Under the pieces are notes generated by a model, which was given only the letters and a program-made list of their open reading frames with translations, was not told where the DNA came from and searched no databases. DNA of 64,000 nt from Leucoraja ocellata (Eukaryota): contig JAWMAR010000070.1 in NCBI GenBank assembly GCA_036785375.1, positions 3,844,001 to 3,908,000 of the forward strand. Reading direction: 5' to 3'. This document shows positions 39,406 through 53,394 of this stretch, piece by piece (the stretch's first letter is position 1; every line of letters begins with the position of its first letter). The position numbers and the translations under genes are program-made.

Positions 39406-42400
39406 TGTTTTATCCACAGTGACAAAACCAGCAATTGTATGTATGTCGCTCAGCTCTGATACAATCTCAAATAGCAATTACAAGAAGGGAACAGGACGTC
39501 AGATCCTGAACCACAGCGAGCCAGCAGCAGCTCGACACTTTACAGTGTGAATGGCTCTGGGTTATATTTAACAAATGGTTAGGTCAGATGATCACGAAAA
39601 CAGGCCCTTCTCCCCAACGAGTGAGACCAATATGCTCATCTAAGTTAATCAAATTTGCCTACGCCCGGCCATATCTCCCCAAATCTTCCCTATCCATGGA
39701 CCTGTCCAAGTGCCCGTTACATGTAGTTATTGCATCTGCTTCAACCACTTCGTCAAGTGTGATTTATCCATAAAGATGGAGCGGCGGCCCTCTCTGTACT
39801 CGGAGTCTGTTAGCACTGAACAATGGGGGAAATAATGATAGACAAAAAATGCAGGGGCAACTCTGCGGGCCAGGCAGCACCCCTGGAGAAAGTGGATAGG
39901 TGACGTTTCGGGTCGGGACCTCTTGTGTAAACAATTAAACTATGGTTAAAGTATGACATTTAGAAGAGTAGAAACGTCTAAGATGTGTACACTTCCGGAT
40001 CATTCCCTCTTGATGATTCTTTAAGTGGACCGGCAGATCAAAAATATAATCATTGGAACTTTTTTTCGCATATTACTGTTGACAAGGGACAAAACAGGAA
40101 GCTGGCGTTAGAATGTAGGGGATTTTCGTCTGAAACATAGACACATAGAAATTAGATGCAGGAGTAGGCCATTCGGCCCTTCGAGCCTGCACCGCCATTC
40201 AATATGATCATGGCTGATCATCCAACTCAGTATCCCGTACCTGCCTTCTCTCCATACCCCCTGATCCCCTTAGCCACAAGGGCCACATCTAACTCCCTCT
40301 TAAATATAGCCAATGAACTGGCCTCAACTACCCTCTGTAGCAGAGAGTTCCAGAGATTCACCACTCTCTGTGTGAAGTCAGCTAAAGTTAATTGGAGTTT
40401 GACCCTCTTCTCATTGCTTCAACTATTCAATTCAAACTTTGAAACACTATTGTTATGATATTCATGTTTTGAAAAAGACAATTAATGGTGTAGTGGACTG
40501 TGAAGAAGTTTGTCTAGAATTACCACAGGATGGAGATCAGCTGGGAAAGCGGGATGTGGAATATAACTGACATGTGTAATGTAACTCAAACAAGGGCAAA
40601 GTGATACACTTAGTGAAGTTAAAGCAAGGATGAATATGCACGGTGAATAGAATTGGCAACTTGTGTACGTTGCCATTCAGAGCTACTAAATTATCAGAGT
40701 TGCGGTCATGTACATTCCATTGGCTGACTGTACATCTGCTTGCAACGATTTAATTCTGTAGGCAACTAGTTATTTTATAATATAACCTAATATCTGCTGC
40801 GGGCTATCGTTCTGGGTGTGTTACTTTCAGGGGAACAGTGCAGTTTATTCGGGTTGTGAACATCTGTGGCAATGTTGTGCATCACGTGGTATAGGTGTAA
40901 CACACTGATGTGTCCGCCACTGATGTTAGCTGAGCGTTGACGGCCCTTAGTAAAGGATTTTGTGTTCAGAGCTATTTCCTGTTTACTTGCCCAACTAAAA
41001 CACTGCAGAGAGGAACCGACGATGCAGCAAAACAATTTAATTCTGTCTTCATTCGCCATTGACCCATGACATCTGCAAACACTGCTCAGCAATCAGTGTT
41101 ACACCGAGCTGCTCGCAAGATGCGGTTCAGAGATACGAATCTACACGAATATTCGAACCTTGTTTCAGCAGCGCGAGCAAAGTGTCAGCACTGCAGAACA
41201 ATTCAGTGTAAAGAAAGAAATGACTGTTTGATCATATTAGATTAAATTACATTCCAAGTCAGCACCTGCCATTAAAAACAACAATGGCATCGAACCGAAA
41301 TGTCACCCATTCTTTCCTTCCAGTGATGCTGCCTATCCCGCTGAATTGCTCCAGTATTTTGTGTCTATGTGTGGCATCTCAGACCGTTTATCTCTCGCTA
41401 TCTTTTAGGCAAATTAGGATGTCATGTAGTGGGGAAACGCTGAACGAGCCAGGCAACAAATATCTCTGGCTATTCAGCACCCCTCGGATATCCCTGACCT
41501 GGGGGTTTCTGATTTCAAAGCAACCCCTGGTCTCATTTCCTCGTCTCCCCGCTTACTGCTCTTTCAAGCTGCAACTCAACCAGTTTGTTCTGCACAAGAA
41601 TGGACTTTCCACTAGTTTAGTTTAGGATATAGCGCGGAAACAGGCCCTTCGGCCCACCGAGTCCACATGATCCCGTTGCGCCACCGTGGCCATTGTGTAA
41701 ACTAGTTTAGTTTAGTTTAGTTTAGTGGGCCGAAGTGCCTATTTCCACGCTGCAGCCATAAACTAATCTGACGGGAGCAATATCACTTGAGAGGAGTATT
41801 GCTTGGGATGAAACGTTAGGTATGGGGAGGGGTTGAATAGGGATTTTATAAAATTCCATGCAGAACAAGTGAGGAACAGGGAACCCATTAAAGGTGTGCA
41901 AAACTTTGAGCAGCAAAGATAGGGTATTTTTGGAACGTTTTCCACGGCAGATGTGTGCAAAAGTGAAGAACATTTGGTTAAGTTAAGGAGCAGGATGTTT
42001 CAAGGGGAACAATAAATATGTTTAAACCTAGAAGATGGAGGTAACTGAATTGCTACAATGGACGAGGTGCTGGTAAATGAGATTAGTGTCGATGGTACTG
42101 AATGGTCAACATTAACACAGTGGAACAAATCTGATACCGGCGTCCAGGAGTTAACGATGACCACATTTACTGCTAATATTCATTCCCTTATCGTATCTGA
42201 GTGCGCATCCTGCGGAGATGATGGTGGGAAAGTAAAAGTGCTTGGACTGATAATACTGCAGGAGTAGGCCATTAGGCCCTTTGAGCCTGCACCGCCATTC
42301 AATATGATCATGGCTGATCATCTAACTCAGTATCCCGTAGCTGCCTTCTCTCCATACCCCCTGATCCCTTTAGCCACAAGGGCCACATTTAACTCCCTCT

Positions 42401-42947
42401 TAAATATAGCCAATGAACTGGCCTCAACTACCCTCCGTGGCAGAGAATTCCAGAGATTCACAACTCTCTGTTTGAAAAATATTTTTCTCATCTCGGTCCT
42501 AAAAGACTTTCCCCTTATCCTTAAACTGTGACTCCTTGTTCTGGACTTCCCCAAAATCGGGGACAATCTTCCTGCATCTAGCCTGTCCAACGCCTTAAGA
42601 AGGTTGTTAGTTTCTATAAGATACGGGTGGGTTTAAACTAAATCGCGTGCTTTCAAGAGAGAGTTAGATAGAACTCTTAAAGATAGCGGAGTCAGTGGAT
42701 ATGGGGAAAAGACAAGAACGGGGTACTGAATGTGAATGAGCAGCCATGATCACGGTGAATGGCGGTGCGGGCTCGAAGGGCCGAATGGCCTACTCCTGCC
42801 CTGTTGTCTATTGTCTGTTGTCTATTTTCTTCCACATCTTTTGTTTTATAAAGCTGCGACCAGAACTGTGCGCCAGACTCCCATATGTTACCTAACAAAT
42901 GTTTTGTGCGGGTGCCAAGATATCAAGTCACTGATTGAGAAACCTAC

Positions 42948-43265
42948 CTTCAGATACTTGGAGATGTTCTTGAAATGTTGGTTCGCCAGGTGTAGTAATT
43001 CCACATCTGTACCATCCTGTATCTCCAGAGTGAAGATCCTCCACAGTCACAGTAAATATTCCTCGTGCCGGGTTATCTGTGATTGACACTCTTCCGTTCT
43101 GTCCATCCTTCCCATTTGTTTCCACTACATGTGTACACTGGCGACTTGTCCCGTTGCACCAGTATTTTGTGTGTGAGCGGTACACTGCTGCATAGTGACA
43201 ATCGATTGTGATCGCTCTTCCCACAACCCCTCTTACATCGCTCTCAGCCCACAGTGCACCTGAAA
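42948..43265 (-). CDS. Orphan intact V-type Ig exon (CD300/pIgR-like), closest to the exon at 58267-58584
   Basis: 318 nt, phase 1-1, intact AG/GT; VSGALWAESDVRG...KYWCNGTSRQC...DTGWYRCG; no leader or C2 exon adjacent. Confidence 0.75.
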
Positions 43266-44719
43266 CTGAAGGAAACATATTTCATCAATTGAAGAGCAAA
43301 ATTAACCTTTCACAAACATATACATTATAGTATACATCAATGTGTACAGGGGAATCCGCCCAATCATTTTCGTAACGTGTTGAATTCCACCTAGATTGCG
43401 ATGAGAGACAGATACTGTACACCGTCCCTCACCATCTGCTTCCAAAGCGCTCCCCAGCCAATGTGGGTACGAATGGTGAAAAATTATGCATTGAAAATGG
43501 AGCCTGTTGCAATTGGACTGCGCTGTCTAGGGAGTCTTGGTGAGTTGCTGCAGTGCATCGTGCAGATGGTGCAAACTGCTGCTGCTCTGCATCAGCGGGG
43601 GAGGTTGACGACGGGGTGTCTACCAAGCGCGATTCTGGGTCATGACAGACGAGCACAAGTGTTCAGCGAAACTGTGGCCTAGGCTTTGCTTGGCCTCGCT
43701 GATGTAAACCATTCACACTCGCTTCTGGACTTCCCCTCTGAGCGTCTCCACACCTACTGGGAGCTACATTTCAAAACTCACTTTGACAAAAGTAACGGGT
43801 TTACTTTATGGAGTGACGGGGAGGAAGATTCACTTTAATTTTGAGAGATTATTGAGGTTCCTCCAGAGATTCACACAAATTAATACGTTTTTAATCCTGC
43901 CATGATCATGAAACCCATGCGTACACAAGCAGACCGTACAAACTCCATACAGACAGCACCCAAGGTCAGGATCGAACCCGGGATTCGGATGCTGTGAGGC
44001 AGCGGCTCTACCTGTTGTGCCAATGTGTGATTGTCTCAGATATCTTTCAACTTTCCTTGCAGGCAAGAACAAGGATTGAACCCTGGTTAGCAGCATGGGG
44101 GCTGCATGCTTGCAAACCGGCAAGCTAAGTGCAGAGTTAAGTCTATGGTACTTCCTCCCCGATGGTTTTGCAAGCAGACTGTGAACACCCTTCCTTGTGT
44201 GTTGGTGATAAGGGCTCCCCGGTCAGATACTTTTTGCGTTGCGTTTTGTTGCACAACCACAGAGCTCCACAAGGCAGCTGTGCTCTGGACAAAACTGTTA
44301 TCCATCTACTTCTGCAGTGTACAATTGGCAAAAAAACGTTATAGATACAACATGGAAACAGGCTCTTCGGCTCACCGGATCTGCGCCAACCAGTGTTCAC
44401 CCCGGATACAATTTACTGTGCAATTTAACCTATAAACCTGTCTGTCTTTGGTGTGTGGGAGGAAACCGGAACACCGCGAGAAAATCCATGCGGACACAAT
44501 GAGAACGTACAGACTCCATATAGACAGCAGCCGAGATCAGCATTGAACCTGGGTCTCAGGCGCTGTTAGACAGCAACACTACTGCTATACCACTTTGTTC
44601 AACCTACTGACTTGCCAGAACAATGTGTTCCCCCTGAGCTAACATTCTTATATCTTCGATTTTCCAGCACCTGCAGTTCCTTCTTAAACATTCTTATACC
44701 CTGCATGTTCTTGCTGAAT

Positions 44720-45850
44720 TCTTGAGAACCAGAGGACATAGTTTGAGAACCAGAGGCATAGGTTTAAGGTGAGGGGAAAAGATTTAATAGGAACCTGAGG
44801 GAAGCTGAACAGGATAGGTTTACAGAGATATGAGCCAAATGTCTTTAGTCAGAGGGTGGGGAGTTTGTGGAATTTATTTCAACAAGCAACTGTGGAAGCC
44901 TATTCGATGGATATTTTTTAGGCAGAGATTGACAGATTCCTGATTAGTGTGGGAGTCAGGGGTTATGGGGAGAAGGCAGGTGAATGGAGGTGAATGTAGA
45001 TCAGCCACGATTGAATGGCGGAGTAGAGTTGATGCGCCGAAAGGCCAAATTCTGCACTTAGAACTTATGAACCTATGAACATTGTGTTTAAGAAGGAACT
45101 GCAGATGCTGGGAAATCGGAGGTACTCAAAAATGCTGGAGAAACTCAACGGGTGCGGCAGCATCTATGGAGCGAAGGAAATAGGCAACGTTTCGGGCCTA
45201 ACCCCTTCTTCAGGAAGTACCATAGACGGGATTTTTTTGTGAGGTTATGAACATTGTTGGTTTGTGGGTTTCTGCTGCAGTCATATTCTGAGAAAAGTAA
45301 CACCAGCCCGAAGTAAGTTCCTGACCTGAAATGTCGCTTGCCCATCTCGTTTCAGAGATGATGTTTGACCCACTATGGTGGGGGTTTTTTTTGTTTTGCT
45401 CAACTGCTCATATTAACAGGAAGCACGTTGACCACAGCAAGATGCTGCTCATACATTTGACTCAGACCACAATATTTATTTCCATCACACGTTGGCCTTT
45501 GATGTGTTTGTACATTGACTGGAAATGTGTTCAAAACAAATAAATGTGTATTGTAGGGTGCACAAATTAATGTACAAATATGTCAGGCCCCATTCAGTCC
45601 TTCATAACTACACTATGCATTAAACTCATAGCTTATCCTTCATATCAATATCCAGTACTATTTATATTTCCATAAATCCCGTAATATCTAAGAAACAATT
45701 GTTCACAGGCTAGATTGCATTGGGGTCATACAATGTAGAAACAGGCCCTTCGGCCCTACTTAACCCTTCACACTGCGTTTGGACAATTGAGACAACGAAA
45801 ACCTCATTCCTTGAACTGCACTCTCCTGTTCAGTAAGAACTTTGCATATT
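44720..45850. repeat. Local duplication, copy 1 (copy 2 at about 47473-48370)
   Basis: Shared CR1 piece plus unique sequence (ctcaactgctcatatt, aatatctaagaaacaattgttc). Confidence 0.8.
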
Positions 45851-46859
45851 TTTAACCGCTATAGTTGAGTACCGCTATAGTTGAGAAGAGGTCCTGTAGC
45901 AATGCTGCTAAGACCAGAATTTCCAAATCGAACTTTCTTCTGCTACAGAAAATGTGATTTTTGGAAGTGTTTCTGTGGTCATGACAGTTGAATCTTCTTG
46001 GTTTAGGATCTCACCCAGAAATTTGCAGTTCAGGCAGTGATGTACTCTACCAGTTGGCACTGTGGTGCTCGTAGGTCATGTGCTCATTTACTGGGGAGGG
46101 ACGGTGTAGACGGGAAATTTTCACGTGGACTCCGGGCTTGTTTTCAGAAAAAAATGTTTTATTACGAATTGACCAACTTTGGTTACACATGTCCTGGGGC
46201 TGATGCCCTCAGATACAAGGCATTCAGTGCCTTTTACACAACCACATCTACATTACCTTCCTCTCCTAACTTTACCTTGCATTCTCAGTGAGTAGAAAAG
46301 ATAAAGGAATGCATGTATATTACTCTGTTGTACTGCTGCAAGTTGTATGACAATACTGCATGACAATAAAACACACTTGACTCACTTTTTGCCTTCTAAT
46401 ATGCTATAAAATCTGTGAATATTTCTGCAGTTCCACGCTACATTACTCCCCTCCATCTCCACTTGGCTGTGCAGTATCTAGGGATGGGCTCACTTAGGGT
46501 CATTTTATTTGCAACTGGTCACTGAGGCAGGTAAAATCCAGTCTAGGCCAATTTTCAGTGAGACCACCTTACCCAGGTTTGAGGATCATCTTACATCTTG
46601 GGCTTATCTGCCTTAGCCCATTATCCACTTGAACCCATGTTCTTGCTTGATCCATTGCCCCTTTACGGACTTGAACCCACAATATTTTGGCCCAGAGACA
46701 ATGGGGTGTGGTGTGCTTAGACAGCCACTTGCAATTGATTATAATGGGATTGTTTAATTATTATCTTAATTTACACAGACCCAACGCTTCTTCGTCTGAA
46801 TGTTCAATTAACCTATCCTTTGTCTATTATAACGATGTTTATGTTACTTTGTCTCTGAC

Positions 46860-47472
46860 TCTTGTGGATCTCGGCAGGGAACCAGATAATCCTCAGTCGA
46901 GGGACCGGGGTATCCTGTGAACTCGTTCGGGAGTTCAGACTTAATGGATCCGATAGTGCACTTTTCACTCCCCTCGAGGTACCGGTCAGACATCAGCCGC
47001 TTACTCAGTCGAAGGAGATGGTCCCAGTGAGATCCTGCCGACTACGGCAATGTTAAATTTATATCCGCGCTATCGAACAACAAACCCCATTGGTCACTTT
47101 AAGAATGTAACAAGTCCTCTTTATTACGCATGCGGGAGTGGGAGAGCGTCCACCAGTCTGGTTACACAATCGTTGCCCCTCGCGGTCCCACTCAATTATT
47201 CTTTGCACAGGCAGCATATTTATACATGAATAGTCACGGGTCTAGTTAATCACACAATCAGCACATTCGTGCACCGGTTCTGATTGTTTAGAACAAATGT
47301 GTTTTTCTCTGCAGCACAACTTGGTATCAGGACTGTTCCCTTTTTAGTCACAATACCTTTTGCAGTTCTGCAAAACCATTCATTAGTTAGCAATTCTAAC
47401 TAAGTAAAGCAGACTTGCCACGCGCAACAAGCAATCTGTATGTACACATGAACTCTTAACCCCCCAGCCACA
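46860..47472 (-). mobile_element. Truncated LTR retroelement: 5' LTR 47051-47472 plus tRNA-Ser primer-binding site 47032-47049 and leader
   Basis: TG...CA termini, TATAAA near 47220, AATAAA at 47120-47125. The PBS matches the tRNA-Ser 3' end ATCCTGCCGACTACGCCA at 17 of 18 nt, 1 nt from the LTR. Confidence 0.8.
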
Positions 47473-49045
47473 GTTTAAGAACCAGAGGACATAGGTTTAA
47501 GGTGAGGGGGGCAGATTTAATAGGAACCCGAGGGAACCTGGACAGGATAGGGTTCCTTCATCAGAGGGTGGTGAATCTGTGGAATTTATTTTAACAGACG
47601 GTTGTGGAAGCCAATCCAATGGATATATCTGAGACAGAGATTGACAATTCCTGATCAGTGTGGGTGTCAGGGGTTAGAAGGAGAAGGCAGGAGAATGGGG
47701 ATGGGAGGGAAAGACAGATCAGTCATGATTGAATCGTGGAGTAGACTTGAATGGCCGAAAGGTCTAATTCTGCACTAAAAACTTACTAACCTATGCACAT
47801 TGTATGTTTGTGGGTTTCTGCGGCAGTCATATTCGGAGAAAAGTAACACCAGTCTGAAGTAGGGTCCTGACCTGAAATGTCATCTGCCCATTTCCATTCA
47901 GAGATGCTGCTAGACCCACTGAAGTTTTTTTGTGTTTTGCTCAACTGCTCATATTGACAGGAAGCACGTTGACCACAGCAAGATGCAGCTCGCACATTTG
48001 ACTCAGAACACAATATTTATTTCCATCGCACGATGGCCTTTGATGTGTTTGTACTTTGACTGGAAATGTGTTAAAAAAATGTGTACTGTAGGGTGAACAA
48101 ATTTATGAACAGATATGTCAGGCCCCACTAGGTCCTTCATAACTATACTATGCATTAAAACCATACCTTATCCTTAATCATGTCAATATCCAGTACTAGT
48201 TCTATTTCCATGGATACTTTAATATCTAAGAAACAATTGTTCCCAGGCTAGGTTGTATTCGAGTCATAGATTCATACAACGAAGAAACAGGCCCTTCGGC
48301 CATACTTACCACTCCTCACTACGTGCCATGGAAAACCTAACCCCTTCACCTGCACTCTCCTGCTCTGTAAGAACTGTGTGATGTGTTTAGGCTGACCCTT
48401 GCAATGAATGATGATGGGAGGGTTGGGGAATTTGTGGGTGGAGGGAATGAGGGTGGGTATGACACGAATGGGAACCAATGCCATTTTATCATTTGTATGC
48501 ATGATCTAGGCTCATTCATTATACTGGCGGATGAAAGAGATCGTACAAGTGAGTGTAATTCATAAGGTCATTTGTGATAGGGGCAGACAATTTGACCCAT
48601 CAAGGCTACTCCACTATTGAATCGTCGCTGATTTACCTCTCCCTCCTAACACCACTCCCCTGCCTTCTCCCCATCACCCCTTACACCTGATGAATTGAAC
48701 GAAACCGCTCAGAAGGTGTTTGACAAAGTAAAGCTATAAAAAGATGCCGGTTTATCCAAAGACGTACCCAAAATGCTGGAGTAACTCAGATGGTCAAGAA
48801 ATATCTCTGGTGAAAATTGATGGGTAACATTTTGGGTCAGGACCTTTCTACAGACCATCTGAACATGGGTCCCAACTTCAAACATCACCTGTCTATTTTC
48901 TCCAGAGATGCTGCCTGACCTGTTGAGTTACTCCAGCATTTTGTGTTCATCTTTGAAAACGTATAGGACAGATTAAAGCAATGTAATCTGAACAGAGTGG
49001 TAAAGCAAGTGTTGCCAAAAACTCACACCGAATTAAAAATCTCTC

Positions 49046-49312
49046 CTAAGAAACGACAGAGGCATAGGTTGACTCAGTGTTCTCTGGAGTCATAGTAGAG
49101 TGGGGTTTCCGAATGCCCTTTGGGCAGTTGCGGTGAAAATTGACATCTGCGTAGACGACAGCGTGTTCAGCCGCATGCTGCCTTGATCTCAACTTCCTTT
49201 GACAATTCACCACTGCATACGCGATTCCACCTTCATTGTTATCCAAATGGTCACCTGCCCTGTTGTTTTCCAGATTTGAATCAACGTGGTTCCCTTCCAT
49301 CACTGCCATTTC
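49046..49312 (-). CDS. Receptor C last exon: cytoplasmic tail with three ITIMs
   Basis: Phase-0 acceptor tatttcag; IAYAVV, VVYADV and STYASV then TAG. Confidence 0.88.
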   Translation of the reverse strand, partial: EMAVMEGNHVDSNLENNRAGDHLDNNEGGIAYAVVNCQRKLRSRQHAAEHAVVYADVNFHRNCPKGIRKPHSTMTPENTESTYASVVS

Positions 49313-49679
49313 CTGAAATATAACAAAATCCCATTTTACAACCTAATAGATTTGAAAGGTCCTCAACAGAGGTCTATTACAAAGTAGGTCTCAAACTGTT
49401 CAGTGTACAGAACAAGCCATGGCTACTGTTTACAACACAAAGATAGTGCAGCACGGTGGAGCAGCGGTAGAGTTGCTGCCTGACAGCGCCTACAACAGGT
49501 TTGTATTTTAGGTTAATTGGTTTGGTTTAATTGCAAATTGCCCCTAGTGTGTGTAGGATAGTGTTCGTGTGCGAGGTCACCCGTCGGCGTGGGCTCGGTG
49601 GGCCAAATGGCGTGTTTCTGCGCTAGATCTCTCAACTGGAGTGGACTGGTGTTGCTAAATGTATATTTCACATTGTTAC

Positions 49680-49726
49680 CTGGGTTTCATCGTTGTCTTC
49701 ACCGTGTGATGTATTGTACTTGGATT
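49680..49726 (-). CDS. Receptor C cytoplasmic mini-exon
   Basis: 47 nt, phase 1 to 0, ttttccag/gtaaca; ESKYNTSHGEDNDETQ; bridges the TM and ITIM exons in frame. Confidence 0.75.
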
Positions 49727-50441
49727 CTGGAAAATATGTTGTCGATAGGGCCATATCAGGAACAGGTTTAAACATCATTCATTTATATATTTCATTCATG
49801 TGTTCCATGTACCTTCTATATCTCTCGTTTCCCTTTCCCCTGACTCTCAATCTGAAGAAGGGTCGCGACTCGAAACGTCACCTGTTCCTTTTCAAGAGTC
49901 AAGGGAGTTTTATTGTCATATGTCCCAGATAGAACAATGACAATCTTACTTGCTGCAGCACAATAGAATATGTAAACATAGTACATAACGGGAGAGAAAA
50001 AAAAGTTCAGTGTGTATATATACACATACATACATACTCAATCTGTTTATTTTATCCAGCTAAGCTGAGAACTACTATATTTGATGATTTTCTGTTGCGC
50101 TGCTGGCAAAATGTCGCTTCTGACCCGCTAATTGCTAGAGCATTTAATGTTTATCTTCAGTATTAGCCACCATGTGCAGTTCCTTCCAACACACAAACAT
50201 CTACATGTTTTGTGCAAGACTTTATATTTAGGAGAACCCCAAAAGTACTTCAGTATATTTGCACGTACAGAGTAAGTGTATGCCCTCTTGTTCTGGTTAC
50301 TCTACGTAATGTTCAGAATGGATCATATTCCCTGTGCTCTACCCATTCCACCCTAAAGCTACCTAAACCTACCTGGTCTACCTGTTGCTCAACACGTTAA
50401 CTCCACCTCCCATTCCCACACTAACTATTCTGTCCTGGGCC

Positions 50442-51085
50442 TCATCCGGATGTTAGACTAACTGGTCTGTAATTCCCCGTTTTCTCTCTCGCTCTCTTTT
50501 TAAAAAGTGGGGTTACATTAGCTACCCTCCAATCCTCAGTAACTACTCCAGAATCTAAAGAGTTTTGAAAAATTATCACTAATGCATCCACAATTTCTTG
50601 GGCTACTTCCTTAAGTACTCTGGGATGCAGCCTCCTATCTTGCCCAGGGAATTTATCGGCCTTTAATCCATTCAATTTACCAAACACCACTTCCCGGCTA
50701 ATCTGGATTTCACTCAGTTCCTCCATCTCATTTGACCCCTGGTCCCCTGCTATTTCCGGCAGATTATTTATGTCTTCCTTAGTGAAGACAGAACCAAAGT
50801 AGTTATTCAATTGGTCTGCCATGTCCTTGTCCCCCATGATCAATTCATCTGTTTCTGACTGCAAGGGACCTACATTTGTTTTAACTAATTTTTTTCTCTT
50901 CACATATCTATAAACACTTTTGCGGTCAGTTTTTATGTTCCCTGACAGTTTTCTTTCATAATCTATTTTCCCTTTCCTAATTAAGCCCTTTGTCCTCCTC
51001 TGTGGACTCTGAATTTCTCCCTCTCCTCATGTATGCTGCTTTTTCTGGCTAATTGGTATGCTTATTCTTTTGTTTTGATACTATC
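50442..51085 (-). mobile_element. CR1 LINE internal fragment
   Basis: LNNYFGSVFTKED...DWRVANVTPLFKK...NYRPVSLTS. Confidence 0.9.
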
Positions 51086-51701
51086 CCTGATTTCAGCTCT
51101 GTGAACCTTCAAGTTTTCATCGGCAGCGGAGATAGTTGGCAGCTTCAAGTTCATGGGCGTTCACATCTTGGATTACCTGCCCAGGCTAGACTTGCCCTGC
51201 CTCAACTACCTCCTCTGGCAGCTCCTGCCATATACCCACCGCCCTCTGTGTGATGCAGGTATGTCGTACGTTTTCTATGTCCCTGTGAGGCTGCAGGAGT
51301 AATCTTCATTGTAACTGTACTTCAACGTGCTTGTGCATTTGACAATAAACACGACTTAACCTGATTCGAAATACAATAGCAAAACACAAAAGCATATTCT
51401 AACAGCTGAGAGGATGATAGTATCTATGTAAATCTTACTTCTACCTAACCTCTTAGTTCTCATGCATCTCTGCTATTTCACACTCAGTTTCTGTACAATT
51501 ATGTTAAAATAACATTTTATGTCACCGAGTCACCATGATAGCATCAAACATGATAGCATTATTGATCATTCATGCTTCCTCCTACTCTTTATTACTTTAA
51601 TGCAGGGCATTTGTTGATTAGAACAGGATAAAATCTCTTGACATTCTGTAAGGAGCTGAGACATGTATTTTGAAATTATTTAAGATAAATCAGAAACTCA
51701 C

Positions 51702-51790
51702 CCTTGGTTTCACGCTTTCGGTACCAAAAGAAGGTAATGATGAGAATCAGGAGAAGCACAGTGACACCAGACCCAACTATGTAAATGATC
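51702..51790 (-). CDS. Receptor C transmembrane exon (uncharged)
   Basis: 89 nt, phase 2 to 1; IIYIVGSGVTVLLLILIITFFWYRKRETK; strong polypyrimidine acceptor and GTGAGT donor. Confidence 0.88.
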
Positions 51791-53394
51791 CTGTCAGACG
51801 GAGAAAAGGGAAGGGTGAGACATGGCTCATCATTGATTCTTGGACTTCAGTAAGGAGCAAAAGTCAAACATTTATATGGCACCTTTCATGATTTTTATGA
51901 AGTGTGCAGCAAAGAAATGAGGTGTAGAGTTTGTTTCGGTGGGTAATGCAGCAGTTAATCTGCTCACAGTAAGGTGACATTGACCAACGATCGTGAAACT
52001 GGTTGAAGAGCTATTGGGTCCAACCATTAAGGAACCCTCCCTTCTCCTTCACTAAAAATGCATGGGAAATGTTACACTTTTATAGCAATGATTAGTTGAG
52101 TTGAGTTCAGCTGAGTTTGGTTTAGTTTAGTTTAGTTTAAGTTAGTTTAATTTATTTTATTTTAGAGATACAACATGGAAACAGGACTTTCCGACCACCA
52201 AATCTGCGTCGACCAGCAATCACCATATATTATATCTACCCGAAACATTAGAGACAATTTACAGAAGCCAATTAACCTACAAACCTGCACGTCTTTGGAA
52301 TGCGGGAAAAAACGGGAACATTGGAGAACACCCACGTGGTCACTGAGAGAACGAACAAACAAACTCCGTACATACAGCAACTGTAGTCAGGATCGATCAC
52401 AATCTCTGGGGCAGTAAGGCAGCAACTACATCGCTGTCCCACCATGCCACAGTTATTGGAGTTTTCATATCTGACAGATAGCATGCTACCCTCCCTCAGT
52501 ACTGCAAAGGTGTGGTACCCGATTTACCCTAATATTTGCAGCTATCCTTGAAACCACCACTTTGTGAACACGGTTCTACAACCCTGTTCCAACCTCGGCG
52601 GACAGAACACTACGCCAAAGAGAAAACAATGCACTTCTTTCAACAAATCTCACCCCAATGCCATTTACATCTCCATCTCCACCAACATTGGTTTGGACAG
52701 TGACTGTTCGTTTAGGGTTGTCTGGAATATGGAATATCTACAACATATCCAGAAGGCGGCTCACCTTGACCATCTCAAGGTCAGCAGTGTGACCTAACGT
52801 GCCTACCACACAGGGTCACGTTCTAGGTGGAGACACTTCCTGCTGTTGGAGTGACTGACATTGAGACTTTGACAAACTCCGCAAGTTGGTGTTTTAGCCC
52901 ATAATTCACTATGCATTTTCCTATCAGTACCACACCAGAGCAGGTCACAGCAAGGCAACGCAGCAATAGTTGTGTTTGGCAACTATGCTCATCTCACACC
53001 ATGGGATGAGGTTAGTGGTGGAGAACTCATGGTGAAACCACAGAGAACGCCCTATAGAAACATGGAAACATGGAAAATATGTGCAGGAGGATGCCATTCG
53101 GCCCTTTGAGTCAGCTCCGCCATACATTGTGATAATGGCTGATCGTCCCCAATCAATAACCCCTGCCTGCCTTCTTCCCATATCCCTTGATTCCACCAGC
53201 CCCTAGAGCTCTATCTAACAAGAGAGGGTTAGATACTTGACGCCGTACGTCACGCGCGAACTGCCCGCGGACTTCGCTCGAACTTCACGTCACTCACTCG
53301 ACCTCCGCGCAGCCCCCGCGTCCAGTTTGGTCGCGCTTGCCGCATGTAGGTCGCATGCTGGTGGGACCGCCCCTCCACATCAGCAAGACAAAAT

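Noticed and set aside
47032-47049. tRNA-Ser gene
   Set aside because: Only the 3' 18 nt match, directly beside an LTR, so it is a primer-binding site
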